Assembly (NCBI RefSeq): GCF_001194135.2 | Contig: NC_068989.1 | Coordinates: forward strand, 5,701,599-5,749,925 | Origin: Octopus bimaculoides | Taxonomy: Eukaryota | Length of the DNA: 48,327 nucleotides | Direction: 5' to 3' | Part shown: in pieces, positions 22,444 through 34,787 of the stretch | Layout of the letters: each line of letters begins with the position of its first letter | How positions within the stretch are numbered: the first letter of the stretch is position 1 | Position numbers and translations under genes: made by a program | Notes under the pieces: model-generated | The model's database searches: none | Told to the model about the DNA's origin: nothing | Seen by the model: only the letters and a program-made list of their open reading frames with translations

Positions 22444-23431
22444 AAGAGAGAGAAGAGAGAATGTTGAAGTGATGAAGTTGTAGGGTGATGAAAGTGATAT
22501 GCATATAAAGACATCTAGTTTGCCGAAATGATGCCAAAGCAGGCACTGGGGCATGATGCTGTCGTCCTTGGACTCATCAAATCTCTGTCAAACTGTCCAT
22601 CTCATGCCAGCATGGCCCTTAAATGATGATTGATGATGATATGTATGTGTGTGTGTGTGTGTGTGTAAATCTGTATCAACAACATCACTAATGTTTTGTT
22701 TGTCCTTTTAACATCAATTGCCATAATGAGATTTTGGGAGCATTTCTGATGGGGTTCCAGGCACATTGTATACATTAAACTTTTTGACATTGTTGGCTTG
22801 GAAAGGTACACATATTAGAGAATTTGTTCTCTTATAAGTGTATAAAAGTGTTATTTTTTATACACCTTATAATTCCCAGGTAGTATCTAAATTTCTGTTG
22901 GTACTGTCGACACGATTACAGTGAATAATTCTGCTAGTTGTCGAAACCACAATGATTTCTGATAGAGCAGCTGATGATGAGATGTCTACGTCTGTTTATG
23001 TTATGCTTGTTGCTGTTGTCACATGTATGTAGCTGTATATATGTTCCCCTCTTTTGTTTCATTTTGTGTGTGATGTTCTTCAACACACTGATTGTATTAC
23101 CATTTGTAATCCAAGAGGTTTAAGCATCTTCTATTGTCTGATATGGAACTTGGTCTGATTTTATTGTTTCTCTTGTTGATTCTTTATATCTATAGGCTTA
23201 TGAAGGTTTTATATTTAATTGGATTGAGATGGAAGTTTTAATTGCTTAAATCAGGATATTAGTAGTATTAAAATTATTGAGTTAGATATTAGCTAGTCAT
23301 TACGTTATGGTGGACTTGTGACAAACACACACACACACACAGATACATACAGAAACATGCATATGTATACAAATGAGTATATGACGAATATGTGTACATA
23401 TATGTATATAACATTGGTTTACTAATGTAGT

Positions 23432-23805
23432 GTGGATGTGCAATGGCCCAGTGATTAGGGCAGCAGACTTGCAGTTGTGGGATCGCGGTTTCGATTCCAA
23501 GACTGGGTGTTGTGAGTGTTTATTGAGCAAAAACACCTAAAGCTCCACGAGGCTCCGTCAGGGGGGTGGGGGTGGGGTGGCGAACCCTGCTGTACTCTTT
23601 CACCATAACTTTCTCTCACTCTTTCTTCCTGTTTCTGTTGTACCTGTAATTCAAAGGGGGCCAGCCTTGTCACACTCTGTGTCATGCTGAATCTCCCTGA
23701 GAACTATGTCAAGGGTACACATGTCTGTGGAGTGCTCAGCCACTTGAACATTAATTTCACAAGCAGGCTGTTCTGTTGATCAGATCAAATGGAACCCTCG
23801 TCATC
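23432..23805 (+). mobile_element. Full-length tRNA-derived SINE, family C
   Basis: A box TGGCCCAGTGA, B box GGTTTCGATTCC, unique body, and a 3' half shared with family E (6244-6546, 46178-46360) and the fragment near 29200-29300. Confidence 0.9.
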
Positions 23806-24055
23806 TTAGTTTAATTACCTAAGATGCACATATACACACGTCTCATGTTACCTGTCACACACACACACACAAACATGCATGCACGCACTCACCCCCCCAC
23901 CACCATACACACATTCAACCTGCACACACATACACATATTGTTTCACATAACCTATCACACAAACACACACATGCGTGTACATGTACACGTACAGATACT
24001 GTCTCATATAACCTATCATACATATATACACACACATACACACATAAACAAACCT

Positions 24056-24089
<34 letters not shown>

Positions 24090-24320
24090 GAATACAAACA
24101 TGCATGCATAGTAACTGGTGTTGTTTAGGGACTCATTTCAACCACCCTTCTTCACCTATAATCACACACACACTCATACACACACATACTCAAACACAAA
24201 CACACACATACTCATACACACACACACAAACAGCTGCTGGCTGTTGTTGGTGTTCAGAGACTTGATACCCCGACCCGCATCCTTACATGTACACAGCCTC
24301 TCATATAACCTGACATTTAA

Positions 24321-24542
24321 CCCTTTCGTTCAAATCCCTATTGACACACACTGCTTTCATTTCAATTAATTTTGAAAATATTGAAGAATTTAGTAAAATA
24401 TCTTTTGTCAATATTAAGCTGGTATTTGGAACATAAATTCATAGGAGAATTTAATGGAAGGATTCTGATTTGGATCATTTTAAAACAGGAAGCTTGTGTC
24501 ATAAAACCATTGACAGTCTCAGGTGGCTTGGTATCAAAAAGG
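24321..24542 (+). mobile_element. Complete piggyBac-type MITE with TTAA target duplication
   Basis: TTAA (24317-24320) CCCTTTCG ... GGTATCAAAAAGG TTAA (24543-24546); imperfect TIRs and no ORF. Confidence 0.75.
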
Positions 24543-25004
24543 TTAAACAGGTGCACACACACACACACACACGTACATATACAATCACGCACACACATAA
24601 TTAGTTGTTGAGCTGGCAGAATCGTTAGCATGCAGGACAAAATGCTGCTAAGCTCAAGACCACAACAATGCAATTGTGAGCAGAACACCCTAACCACCGA
24701 GCCACATGCTTTCACATAATCAAAAGCATTCCAAGCATGGCCACTGGAATATTTTTATATATCAAGGACATTACATAGTTCAATGTGTCCTTTTTTTTTT
24801 TTTTTAAGGTAGTAATGTGTGATTTGAAGAATATTTGGCAGCTATATCTAGCAGACTGAGTAACCATGTCGTGGGTCTGTCACTCGTTCTTTAATTGTTT
24901 TTGTCATTTGGTATGTCACTGCTATGTCTAGCAAAATAAGAGACTGCACAGAGCTCCCGCTCTGGCTCTAGAATGGTGTGTGTAACACAATACTTTTCTT
25001 GTGA

Positions 25005-25980
25005 ATGATGATGATGGTGATGGATGGTGGTGGTGGTGGTGGTGGAGGTGATGGATGGTGGGTGGTGGGTGGTGGTGATGGATGGTGGGTGGTGGTGGAG
25101 GTGATAGTGATAATGACGGCTGTGGGGAGAGGAGATAGGGATCAGCGTAATATTACTTATGGTTACAATGATGATGATGATGATGGTAGGGGTGGAGATG
25201 GTGGTGAAAGTGGCATGGTGATATAAGAGATATAAGGATCGTGTTCACATTGATTACAATGGCGATGATGATGATGATGAGGATGATGGTGGTGGTGGTG
25301 GTGGTGGTGGTGGTGGTGGCGGTGGTGGAGGCTACGGTTGTGGTGGTGCTGATAGTGCCTATTGGGGGTGAGAAGAGATAAGGATCAAAGTATCAATTAC
25401 AATGGTAGTAGCGGTGGTGTGGTGGTGGTGAGAGGGAGACAATAATGTTGAAGTTGATGATGGTAGTGATTGCTGATGATGATGACATTGATGTTGGTGA
25501 TGATGGTGGTAGTGCCGGTGGCAGTGGTAGTGGCGGTGGCAGTGGTGGTGGCAGTGGTGGTGGTAATAATTAGTATGGGAAGAGATAAGGATCATAATAT
25601 TGATTACATCAATGGTGGTGGTGGTGGTGGCAACATTATTTGCCGATTGATGGTGATGGTTAAGATTAGAACAGATAAAGGATCATGGTATTAATTTTAA
25701 TGATGGCGGTGTGATGATGATGATGATGATGATGAAATGGCATTGATGACAAGAGTACTTGAGAATTAGTGATAATGATGATGATGGTGATGATGGGGAG
25801 AGTGGTGGTGGTGGTGGCTGGAGTGAGAAAATATAAGGATAAAGATCAAGAAACTGATTCCAATGATGATAACAATAATGATGAGAATTGATGAGGAGGA
25901 GGAGGATGGTGATGATGGTGATGATGATGATGAGAATGATGATGGTGGTGGTGGTGGTGGTGATGAGGAGGAGGAGGCAG
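25005..25980. repeat. (GGT)n/(GAT)n region with a recurring ~30-bp spacer motif
   Basis: A GAGATAAGGATC...ATTGATTACAATGG-like motif recurs about six times between triplet runs. Confidence 0.85.
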
Positions 25981-26165
25981 CACCTTGGACAAGTGTCTTC
26001 TGCTATAGCCCCAGGAAAACTACTGCCTTGTGATTGAATTTGACTGATGGAAACTGTGAAGAAGCCCGTTACATATATGTGCGAAGCCTGTCATATGTAT
26101 GTGTGTGTGTGTGTATCCTTGTTTTGCTGTGTTCTCCCCATCACTGCTTGACAATCAGTCTTGGT
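25981..26165 (+). mobile_element. 5'-truncated SINE family A
   Basis: Starts at CACCTTGGACAAGTGTCTTCTGCTATAGCC and ends within the 3' module. Confidence 0.8.
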
Positions 26166-26370
26166 TTACTCTTTAATCTGTTTCAGTCATTTGACTGTGG
26201 CCATGCTGGAGTACTGCCTTTAGTCGAACAAACTGACCCCAGGACTTATTCTTTGTAAGCCTAGTACTTATTTTATCGGTCTCTTTTGCTGAACCGCTGA
26301 GTTACAGGGACATAAACACACCAACATCGGTTGTGAAGTGATGGTGGGGGGACAAACACAGACACGCAAA
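26166..26370 (-). mobile_element. SINE family A, 3' half, tail-to-tail with the preceding copy
   Basis: TGTTTCAGTCATTTGACTGTGGCCATGCTGGAG...GGGGACAAACACAGACAC. Confidence 0.88.
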
Positions 26371-26392
26371 CATATACACAAACACACTAATG

Positions 26393-26800
26393 ATTCTGCC
26401 AGCTCACAGCCTTTGGTAATAGTCCTTTCTATTATAGGCACAAGGACTGAAATTTTGCAGGAGGGGACCAGTCGATTTGATCGACTCTAGTACGCAACTG
26501 GTACTTAATTTCTTGATCTCGAAAGGATGAAAGGCAAAGTCGACCTCGGCAGAATTTGGACTAAAAATATAACGGCAGACGAAACACTGCTAAGCATTTT
26601 GCCCGACATGCTAACGTTTCTTTTCTACTCTAGGGACAAGGCCTGAAATTTGGGGGAGGAGGCCAGTCGATTAGATTGACGCCAGTACGCAACTGGTACT
26701 TTCATCCTTGAAGGGATGAAAGGCAAAGTCGACCTCGGCGGAATTTGAACTCAGAACTTAAAGACAGTCAAGCCCAGCATGCTAACGGTTCTGCTGGATT
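26393..26800 (-). mobile_element. Tandem multimer of SINE family B (two bodies plus a third head)
   Basis: Two head-to-tail bodies (26621-26800 and about 26420-26620) followed on the minus strand by AAGGCTGTGAGCTGGCAGAATC. Confidence 0.85.
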
Positions 26801-26994
26801 ACTGCTGACAATGACGATGACGATGATGATGTCAATGCTCATAGTGATGATGGTAACTGTGATAATGTGCGCATCTATTTGCAAATGAGTGAATGTATAT
26901 GAGTCTACATGTGTGTGTGTGTGTGTATACGTTTAGGTATGAGCACATGTGCATGCATTTATGCATTAATGTATAAGTAGACATACAAATATAC

Positions 26995-27025
<31 letters not shown>

Positions 27026-27656
27026 CGTGTGTGTATGTGTACATATATGTATAGACATATATACATGTGTGTGTGTGTATAAACATATATATATATATAT
27101 ATATACATATATATACACATATATATACATAAATGTACATATATACGTATATATATATATTGATGTGAGTAGGAATTAACAAGTATGTACTGTCAGCCCT
27201 TTTATCTGCCACTAAATTCTTAGCTGTTCATTGTTAACTTGAAATTTTCTTTGATCTAAGATGATTTAGGTGTTGAATTTCTTCTTTTCCCCAGACATCT
27301 TGACTCTGCTTACAACCAGTTTCCCCTCTCCACCTTTCTTTATCTCATCAATAAAATAAGATAAAAAAATAATAAACCTCCTATTCTTGACTACTAAATA
27401 AAGTGTTGAGCAATTATGGTATGCAAATCTGTCAATCCATTTCTTTGAAGCTACTGGATCTGTTGTGTATACAATGAAATTGGCTACTTACTTTGGATTG
27501 GTCAAGTGATGTAGACGCCGCTGAGGAGAACACAATAAGGTTCGACAACCAATAAAGGCTGGTCATACCAAATACCCTGTTTTATTCTGCTCTTGGATTT
27601 ACCTGTCTATCAAAATACTGCTGATGCTGATGCATTGTAAAAATGCATCCAGTATA

Positions 27657-27740
<84 letters not shown>
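27657..27740. repeat. Perfect (CTAT)21 microsatellite
   Basis: Direct reading, 84 bp. Confidence 0.97.
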
Positions 27741-27741
<1 letters not shown>

Positions 27742-28279
27742 AAAGACACACACATACATATATGTGTGTGTGTGTGTATTTGTTTACTTATATGTATGCA
27801 TGCAGGTGAGTGTTTTTATTTGTTTTTGTTTTGTAAGAGTGACATTAGGAAGGACATCTAACAGCAGAGACCATGCCAAAGCAGACAATGGATCTCAGTA
27901 CAGTCCTCTGGTTTGTTAGTACCTGTCGAACCATCCGATCCATGCCAGCATGGAAAACAGACTTAATGACGATGATAATGATGATGTGAATATGAGTTTA
28001 CTTGAATGAATTACATACCAGTTTGAGAGAGTATATGTGTCTATGTATGGTTCAAGAGCCTGAATTCCTATGAATCTATGCATTAATTAGTATCTCGCTG
28101 TCTGTATGCCTGTGCGTATGTGCATGCATATATATGCACACATACAAATGTATTTGTATAGGTGCATTCATGTATTTGTATATGCATATACATACACATG
28201 TTGTGTGGATGTATCTGCATAAACACTTCCATATTTGAATGTATTTACTTGTGTGTATGCATATATGTGTGGTACAAGA

Positions 28280-28322
<43 letters not shown>

Positions 28323-29509
28323 CCAAAAACAGACAGTGGTGCTTGGCACAGTCTTCTGGCTTGCCAGCTCCTGTGGAACTGTCCAACCCATGCCAGCATG
28401 GAAAACAGATGGTACATGATAATTGTGTGTGCATGTGTGTATGCTTTTGCATATATGCTTGTCTGTTTCTGTGTATGTATGTGTGTGTACGGGTGCGTCT
28501 GCGCACGTGGACTCTTTCATATGTATTTGTGTATGATGATGTCACCATGCATTTGTTGCTGTGCATTTCTGTGTGTTTGCACTCAAACATATGTTAAGTA
28601 TGTGTGGTGTGTGTGTATGCATACATGTGTACAAACATATATATATCTATGTGTGCATGTATGTGTGTATACATATACATATATCTATATATGCACATGT
28701 GGGCATGTATGACTGTGTTTTCATGTTTATATATAAGTGCATGTGTGTGTATATACATATGCATACATGTGTGTATATAAATGCTTACAAGTACAAGTGT
28801 GCGTCCATGAATGCGTGCATATATATGCGTGTATGTACAGTTGAATAAACGTGTGTGTACACTCGTCAGCGTGAACATCTGACCATATATAAACATGCTA
28901 TTGATTACCTTTCTCTATACAAATCATTAATTAAACTCTTTTGTTAATCACAATCTAATTCATCTGTGTGTCTACTTGATTTATTACATGGTCACCTGTA
29001 GCCATCTGCAGTATGATCCAACTGTCTTTCTGTTTCCCCTCAGTCATCCATCTATAACAGAGTCTGTGAATTGACAGAAATGGTGGAGCATCAAATAGAA
29101 TGCCTTGTGTTATTTGTTTCAGATCTCTAAACTCTGATTTCAAATCCTATTCAGGTCAAGATTACCTTTCATCCTTTTGAGGGTCAACAAGTAATTGGTA
29201 ATCTGTCGGTTATAATGACGGATCCAAATGATTCGATCAACGGAACAGAGTGCTCATGAAAATAGTGAGTAAGTGACTGAGTATTCCACAGACATATATA
29301 CACTTAACTCTTTAGCATTCAGAGTACTTTATCAAATAATGTCCTTATTTACTCACATGGTTTGGAATTAAGCAATAAAAGAATATATACACACACAGAG
29401 ACACACATGTATAGTGATAGATAAATAGACATATGCATATGGAAACAAAAGCATAAGCACATCCATAAATATGCGCACACATATATGTAGTCATGTATGT
29501 GGCTGTGAG

Positions 29510-29670
29510 TCGCAGGCATGGATGTATGGTTAAGAAGTTTGCTTCCCAACCGTTTGGTTTCTGGTTCAGTCCTACTGCTCAGCATTTTGGGCAAATGTCT
29601 TCAACAACAGCTCTGGGCCAAGCAGAGTTTTGTGAGTGGATTTAGTGGATGGAAATTGAAAGAATACTAT
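29510..29670 (+). mobile_element. SINE family A, 5' half
   Basis: GCAGGCATGGATGTATGG...GGTTCAGTCC...TTGGGCAAATGTCTTC...GTGAGTGGATTT. Confidence 0.8.
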
Positions 29671-29677
29671 CATAGCT

Positions 29678-29970
29678 CATCATCATCGTCATCATTGTTT
29701 AATGTCTGCCTTCCATGCCGACATGGGCGGGACGGTTTGGCAAGAGCCAGCCATGCAGAAGCCTGCACTAGACTTCTGTAACTGTTTTGGCAGGATTTTT
29801 ACAGCTGGACGCCATTCCTAACCCCAACCACTTAGCAGAGTGGACTTAGTGATTTTTACGTGGCACTAGCACAAGCGAGGTCAGTTTTGCCAAGGTTTTT
29901 ATGGCTGGATGCCCTTCCAAATGCCAACCACTTTACAGCGTGGACTGGGTGCTTTGAAGTGGCACCTGCA
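29678..29970 (-). mobile_element. RTE-type LINE 3' end (family D) with duplicated internal domain
   Basis: (CAT)n tail; the GCTGGA(C/T)GCC...CCAACCACTT...GTGGCAC segment occurs twice. Confidence 0.8.
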
Positions 29971-30181
29971 CTTTGAAAAAATTGAGAAAATTGACAAAAA
30001 TATTTTGACAGATTAAATTTAAATGTTGAAGTGAATCTAACAGTTTCTGTGTGTTTTTAAATGGCTTATAAACACCTTCCGCGCTGCAATTGTTTTTGTT
30101 TCAGCACACGATCTCAGATCAGGTCACTTGCTATGCAAGTACATCTCCGTAATTTATATATATATATATATATATATATAC

Positions 30182-30212
<31 letters not shown>

Positions 30213-30229
30213 GAGATCTATCAGTGCGT

Positions 30230-30500
30230 GTCTTTGTATCTGTGACTGACCCCCACCACCGCTTGACAACAGGTGTTGCTGTGTTTACGTCCCTGTAACT
30301 TAGTGGTTCAGCAAAAGAGGAAGACAGAATAAGTACCAGGCTTTAAAAAAATAAGTACTGGGTTCAGTTCTTTTGACTAAAAATTCTCTAAGGCTGTACC
30401 TCAGCATGGCCGCAATCTGATGACTGCAACAAGTAAGAGATAACAGATAAGGTGGTGCCCCAGCATGGCCACAGTCTGATGGCTACAACAAGAGATCAAC
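30230..30500 (+). mobile_element. SINE family A, 3' half with duplicated terminus
   Basis: The 3' end CAGCATGGCC(G/A)CA(A/G)TCTGATG(A/G)CT(G/A)CAACAAG is present twice in tandem. Confidence 0.85.
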
Positions 30501-30574
30501 GATATAAGATATATTTAGATTGAGTTACATAACAAATATTACAGTGTACAGATATGCTTCCCTCTGTTTCTAAT

Positions 30575-31280
30575 TGATGATGCCTTGATGTTTAACTTTG
30601 ATTTCCATGTCAGTCTAGACAGACATCACAGTGGTATCACAACCATGTGATTGGCTGCGTACAAGATTTGGAGAATGCTTATACTATTTATGACGAGTTT
30701 CAATGTGGATGTGCCTGCATACTATCCAATCGATATAGCTATATAGCCTGTTATGTCGTATGGATGAATTCTGTCTTTGCTAAGACTGGCAACACAGCAG
30801 TGATCAATCTTCTTTAGGCTGATTGGCTAGTTTGCCTTCTGTTTTATTCCTGTGATTCTGCTTGTTTTTAGTGGTTAGGCATTGATCGTGTATCGCTGAA
30901 ATCAGATTTTCTAGATGTGCTTTCGCTTTTAAGCTTTTCATGCTAGAGTTGGTTTGATATTTTCTTATTAGCTCTCTTTCTTTCCATCCAATCTAACAGA
31001 ATACAGAACATGGAGAAAATTTATAAGATTTTTCTCTTCACTTTCCTTTCAATTTATCCTGGATTTCAATTTTAAATTCATCTTTTGATTTTTCGTAATC
31101 TTTTTGTTGTTTCTCTCCTCTTCTGAACTATTTTTCTTTTCGGTATACTAAGCTTCTACTTAGGTACTTCGTAGTTTACTTATTGGCAAAGTTGGTAGAG
31201 TGATGTATTAAATGTTTTGTAGCATTCTTTCATAGTCGTGGACTGACCAATGTCTCATGAGTGACTTTGGAAACCTGTTG
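30575..31280 (-). pseudogene. R4/Dong-clade non-LTR retrotransposon fragment (post-RT, zinc-knuckle and REL-endonuclease start)
   Basis: Minus frames with shifts and stops give ENLISAIHDQCLTTKN, KIDH, PVLAKTEFIH, RHNRLYSYIDWIVCRH, K*YKHSP and V*TDMEIK, matching the R4/Dong motif order LIxAAQDQ...IDH...CPxLAKTEY.RHD...W..C...WYxH...TD..I. Confidence 0.8.
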
Positions 31281-31359
31281 TACACACACAATAATAATAA
31301 CAATAATTTTCTTTCCTTTTCTCCCCTTTATTTTCTATTTCTTTTCTTTAATTCTTTTA

Positions 31360-31532
31360 TTTGTTTCAGTCATTTGACTGTGGCCATGCTGGAGCACCAC
31401 CTTTAGTTGAACAAATTGACCCCAGGACTTATTCTTTGTAAGCCTAGTACTTATCGTTTTCTTTGCTGAACCGTTAAGTTACAGGGATGTAAACACACTA
31501 GCATCAGTTGTCAAGCGATGGTGGTGGGGACG

Positions 31533-31587
<55 letters not shown>

Positions 31588-31670
31588 GACGGGCTTCTTT
31601 CAGTTTCCGTCTACCAAATCCACTCACAAGGTTTTGGTTGGTCTGAGGCTATAGTAGAAGACACTTGCCC
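31360..31670 (-). mobile_element. SINE family A, 5'-truncated at the core
   Basis: Reverse copy with internal (CA)n; ends at AGACACTTGCCC next to (AAT)n. Confidence 0.9.
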
Positions 31671-31696
31671 AATAATAATAATAATAATAATAATAA

Positions 31697-31973
31697 AAGG
31701 GATGTGAGAAATATCTAGATAAGATCCCAGGAAAACCATGTCTCAGAGAAATGCAAAAGATTGTACTGACAAGTACTGGCCACATCCTTAGAGAAACCCT
31801 ATGCATTTAAAATTTAAATGTTTGTGCTGTATTACATGAAGATATTTTGCTACTTCCCCTCCCCAAGTTTTCAGACATACTGTAACATCTCCTTCACTTG
31901 CCCCAGGACACTGGGTGTGTCTCAGCAAGTGACTGTAACAAACATGCAGACTAAAAATAAAAAAAACAACAAT
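31697..31973 (+). pseudogene. R4/Dong-clade LINE C-terminus and 3' UTR (5'-truncated insertion)
   Basis: 31697-31810 reads KGCEKYLDKIPGKPCLREMQKIVLTSTGHILRETLCI*, the typical IPG...QKIVL.ST.HILR C-terminus; followed by a UTR ending in an A/AAT-rich tail. Confidence 0.8.
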
Positions 31974-31974
31974 G

Positions 31975-32106
31975 AGCCGTAGAAACCTTGCCAGATCAGA
32001 TTGGAGCCTGGTACAGCCTTCTGGCTAGCCAATCCTCAGTCAAACTGTCCAACCCATGCTAGCATGGAAAGCGGATGTTAAATGGCAATGATGATGATGA
32101 TGATGA
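31975..32106 (+). mobile_element. RTE-type LINE 3' end (family D)
   Basis: GTAGAAACCTTGCCAGATCAGATTGGAGCCTGG...CAACCCATGCTAGCATGGAAAGCGGATGTTAAA then (GAT)n. Confidence 0.88.
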
Positions 32107-32269
32107 CGTGTGTGTGTGTATTTATTTATTTATATCTATGCATATATACATAGATATGCATGTGTATATATACATATACATATATACAACGGGCTTCTTT
32201 CAGTTTCTGTCTACCAAATCCACTCATAAGGCTTTGGTCGGCCCGAAGCTATAGTAGAAGGCACTTGCC

Positions 32270-32320
<51 letters not shown>

Positions 32321-32557
32321 NNNNNNNNNNNNNNNNNNNNNNNNNNNNNNNNNNNNNNNNNNNNNNNNNNNNNNNNNNNNNNNNNNNNNNNNNNNNNNNN
32401 NNNNNNNNNNNNNNNNNNNNNNNNNNNNNNNNNNNNNNNNNNNNNNNNNNNNNNNNNNNNNNNNNNNNNNNNNNNNNNNNNNNNNNNNNNNNNNNNNNNN
32501 NNNNNNNNNNNNNNNNNNNNNNNNNNNNNNNNNNNNNNNNNNNNNNNNNNNNNNNNN

Positions 32558-32606
<49 letters not shown>

Positions 32607-32734
32607 CACACACACACATACACATGTGCATACCTGTATCATAGCACACACAAGTAGAGAAAGGAAGTGTTTAGAATCAAATTGCAATTAGTCAGGTTAC
32701 ATACACTTATCATTGTCTTTTATAGAGATTTTCA

Positions 32735-33340
32735 TCAGCATCATCATCGCCACCATCACCACGTGCGCATCACATGTTATGGCTACTATCATCATCATCA
32801 TCATCATCATGGTCATGATCATAATTCGCCTCTTGAGTATTGCTATCATCATCATCATCATCAACATCACCATAAAGATCATCTTTCAGTTGCTACCCAC
32901 CCCCACCACCACCACCGTTTTCATGGTTACCAACATTATCATTAACGCCATCGCCTGGAACACAGTTATTAACACCACCAGGAGATATACCATCATCATC
33001 ATCATCATTGTCATCATCGTTGTCATCACCACCATTGTCACTGCTGTTATCATGGTTACCAACATCATCATCATCATCGTCGTCATCGTCATCGCGGTCA
33101 TCATCGTTTTGGCTATCTTTATGATTTTCATATCTGCCATCACTGAAATCAGAAGCATAACCATCACCATCAGAGACAACATCTTGATAGCAGTAGTAGC
33201 AGTAGCAGTAGTAGTAGTAGTAGTAGTAGAAGTAGTAGCAGCAGCAGCATTAGTAGTAGTGGCAGTAGCAGTTATTGTTGTCTTTCTATTCGTCTTAATC
33301 TTCATAGAGATCATCGTCACTTCCACCATCACCATCATCA
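32735..33340. repeat. Cryptic (CAT)/(CAC)/(AGT) triplet repeat region
   Basis: Direct reading; generates I-rich and M-rich artefactual ORFs. Confidence 0.9.
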
Positions 33341-33341
33341 C

Positions 33342-33489
33342 CATCACCATCATCGTCAGTATATACTTGCAGGTCTTCAAGGTTATCATCACCATCATCG
33401 TCAGTATATACTTGCAGGTCTTCAAGGTTATCATCACCATCATCGTCAGTATATACTTGCAGGTCTTCAAGGTTATCATCACCATCATC
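33342..33489. repeat. 45-bp minisatellite, three exact copies plus partial
   Basis: CATCACCATCATCGTCAGTATATACTTGCAGGTCTTCAAGGTTAT at 33342, 33387 and 33432. Confidence 0.95.
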
Positions 33490-33618
33490 ATCATCACCAT
33501 TTTATATTCCAATTAAGTCTTCAAGGTTATTACCATCATCTGCACTTTACCATCATCATCATCATGTGTGTGTGTGTGCTCAGTCACTGCTTATACATGT
33601 GAGGATTGCAGAAAAATA

Positions 33619-33754
33619 TCTCCCTTCGATTATTACTTGTCCCAGTCCATAGGTCACTTCCTACACTCATGATATGCTTCATCAACCAAGATGAAGTGGA
33701 AGCTTTAGTGAGGGAGTTCTTTACCTCGAAGGACAAGAACTAGCATTAGTGAGG
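33619..33754 (+). pseudogene. Mariner transposase C-terminal fragment
   Basis: SPFDYYLSQSIGHFLHS then (shift) FINQDEVEALVREFFTSKDKN, matching the mariner APSDYxLF...DEV...FF.SK region around the third catalytic D. Confidence 0.75.
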
Positions 33755-33858
33755 GTTGGTGATAGGAAGGGCATCCAGCCAAAGAAAATCTGTCTCAATA
33801 AGCGAATTCTGTCTGACCTGTGCAACAAAGGATCCATGGAAGTTAACTGATGATAACA

Positions 33859-33890
<32 letters not shown>

Positions 33891-34234
33891 GGGGGTGAGG
33901 GTATGGTCACAACTGGACTGACTTTTGATCAACAGGGATAATTTAGAGCTAATTAATAACAACAACAACAACACTGTCATAAAGCAAGCAGCCTGCAAAT
34001 GAAGTAGTTGACAGTACTTGCAGCCATCTTGTTGGTTTCGTTTCTTTGTTGGTTTTTGTTGTTTTTATTTCTTTTTATTTGTCATTTAATGGCATCTGTC
34101 CTTTCATCTTTCTGAGAGAGAAAGGGAGACAGAAAGTGAGTTAGAGAGGAAGAGAGATAGAGACTGATTTAGGGAGAGAGAGAGAGTGGGAGAGACAGAG
34201 AGCTGTGTGAGTGCATGAATGCATACGTGTCTAC

Positions 34235-34332
<98 letters not shown>

Positions 34333-34744
34333 ATATATACAGGTGTGTGTTTGCATACATGTGTGTACAGGTGTATATCTACATATGTGTATGTATGTGT
34401 GTGCGTGCATGCACACACACACGCACACATACACACACACACATATTTCAGTATATAAATGATGTGTGTGTGTGTGTATACAGGTGTGTGTCTGCATGGA
34501 TGTGTGTTTAGTATACAAGCGTGTGTGTTTGTCTATATCCAAGTATGCACGTCTCTATACAGATGTCTGTGTGTGTATACATGTGTATGTGTACACAAGC
34601 ATGTCTGTGTGTTTGTATACAGGTGTGTGTGTGTGTGTGTGTATACAATCTGAAGATAGTCTTATGAGTCTAGTAGTCCACCCTATGAAACCAGTATCCC
34701 CACCCAACACCATACAAGAACTACCACCACCACCACCACCACAG

Positions 34745-34787
<43 letters not shown>

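Noticed and set aside
22830-23240. Possible Penelope GIY-YIG or LINE endonuclease remnant on the minus strand
   Set aside because: No catalytic motif recoverable by eye.
32713-33516. 267-aa Ile/Val-rich ORF and its antisense Met-rich ORF
   Set aside because: Cryptic (CAT)n repeat plus a 45-bp minisatellite.
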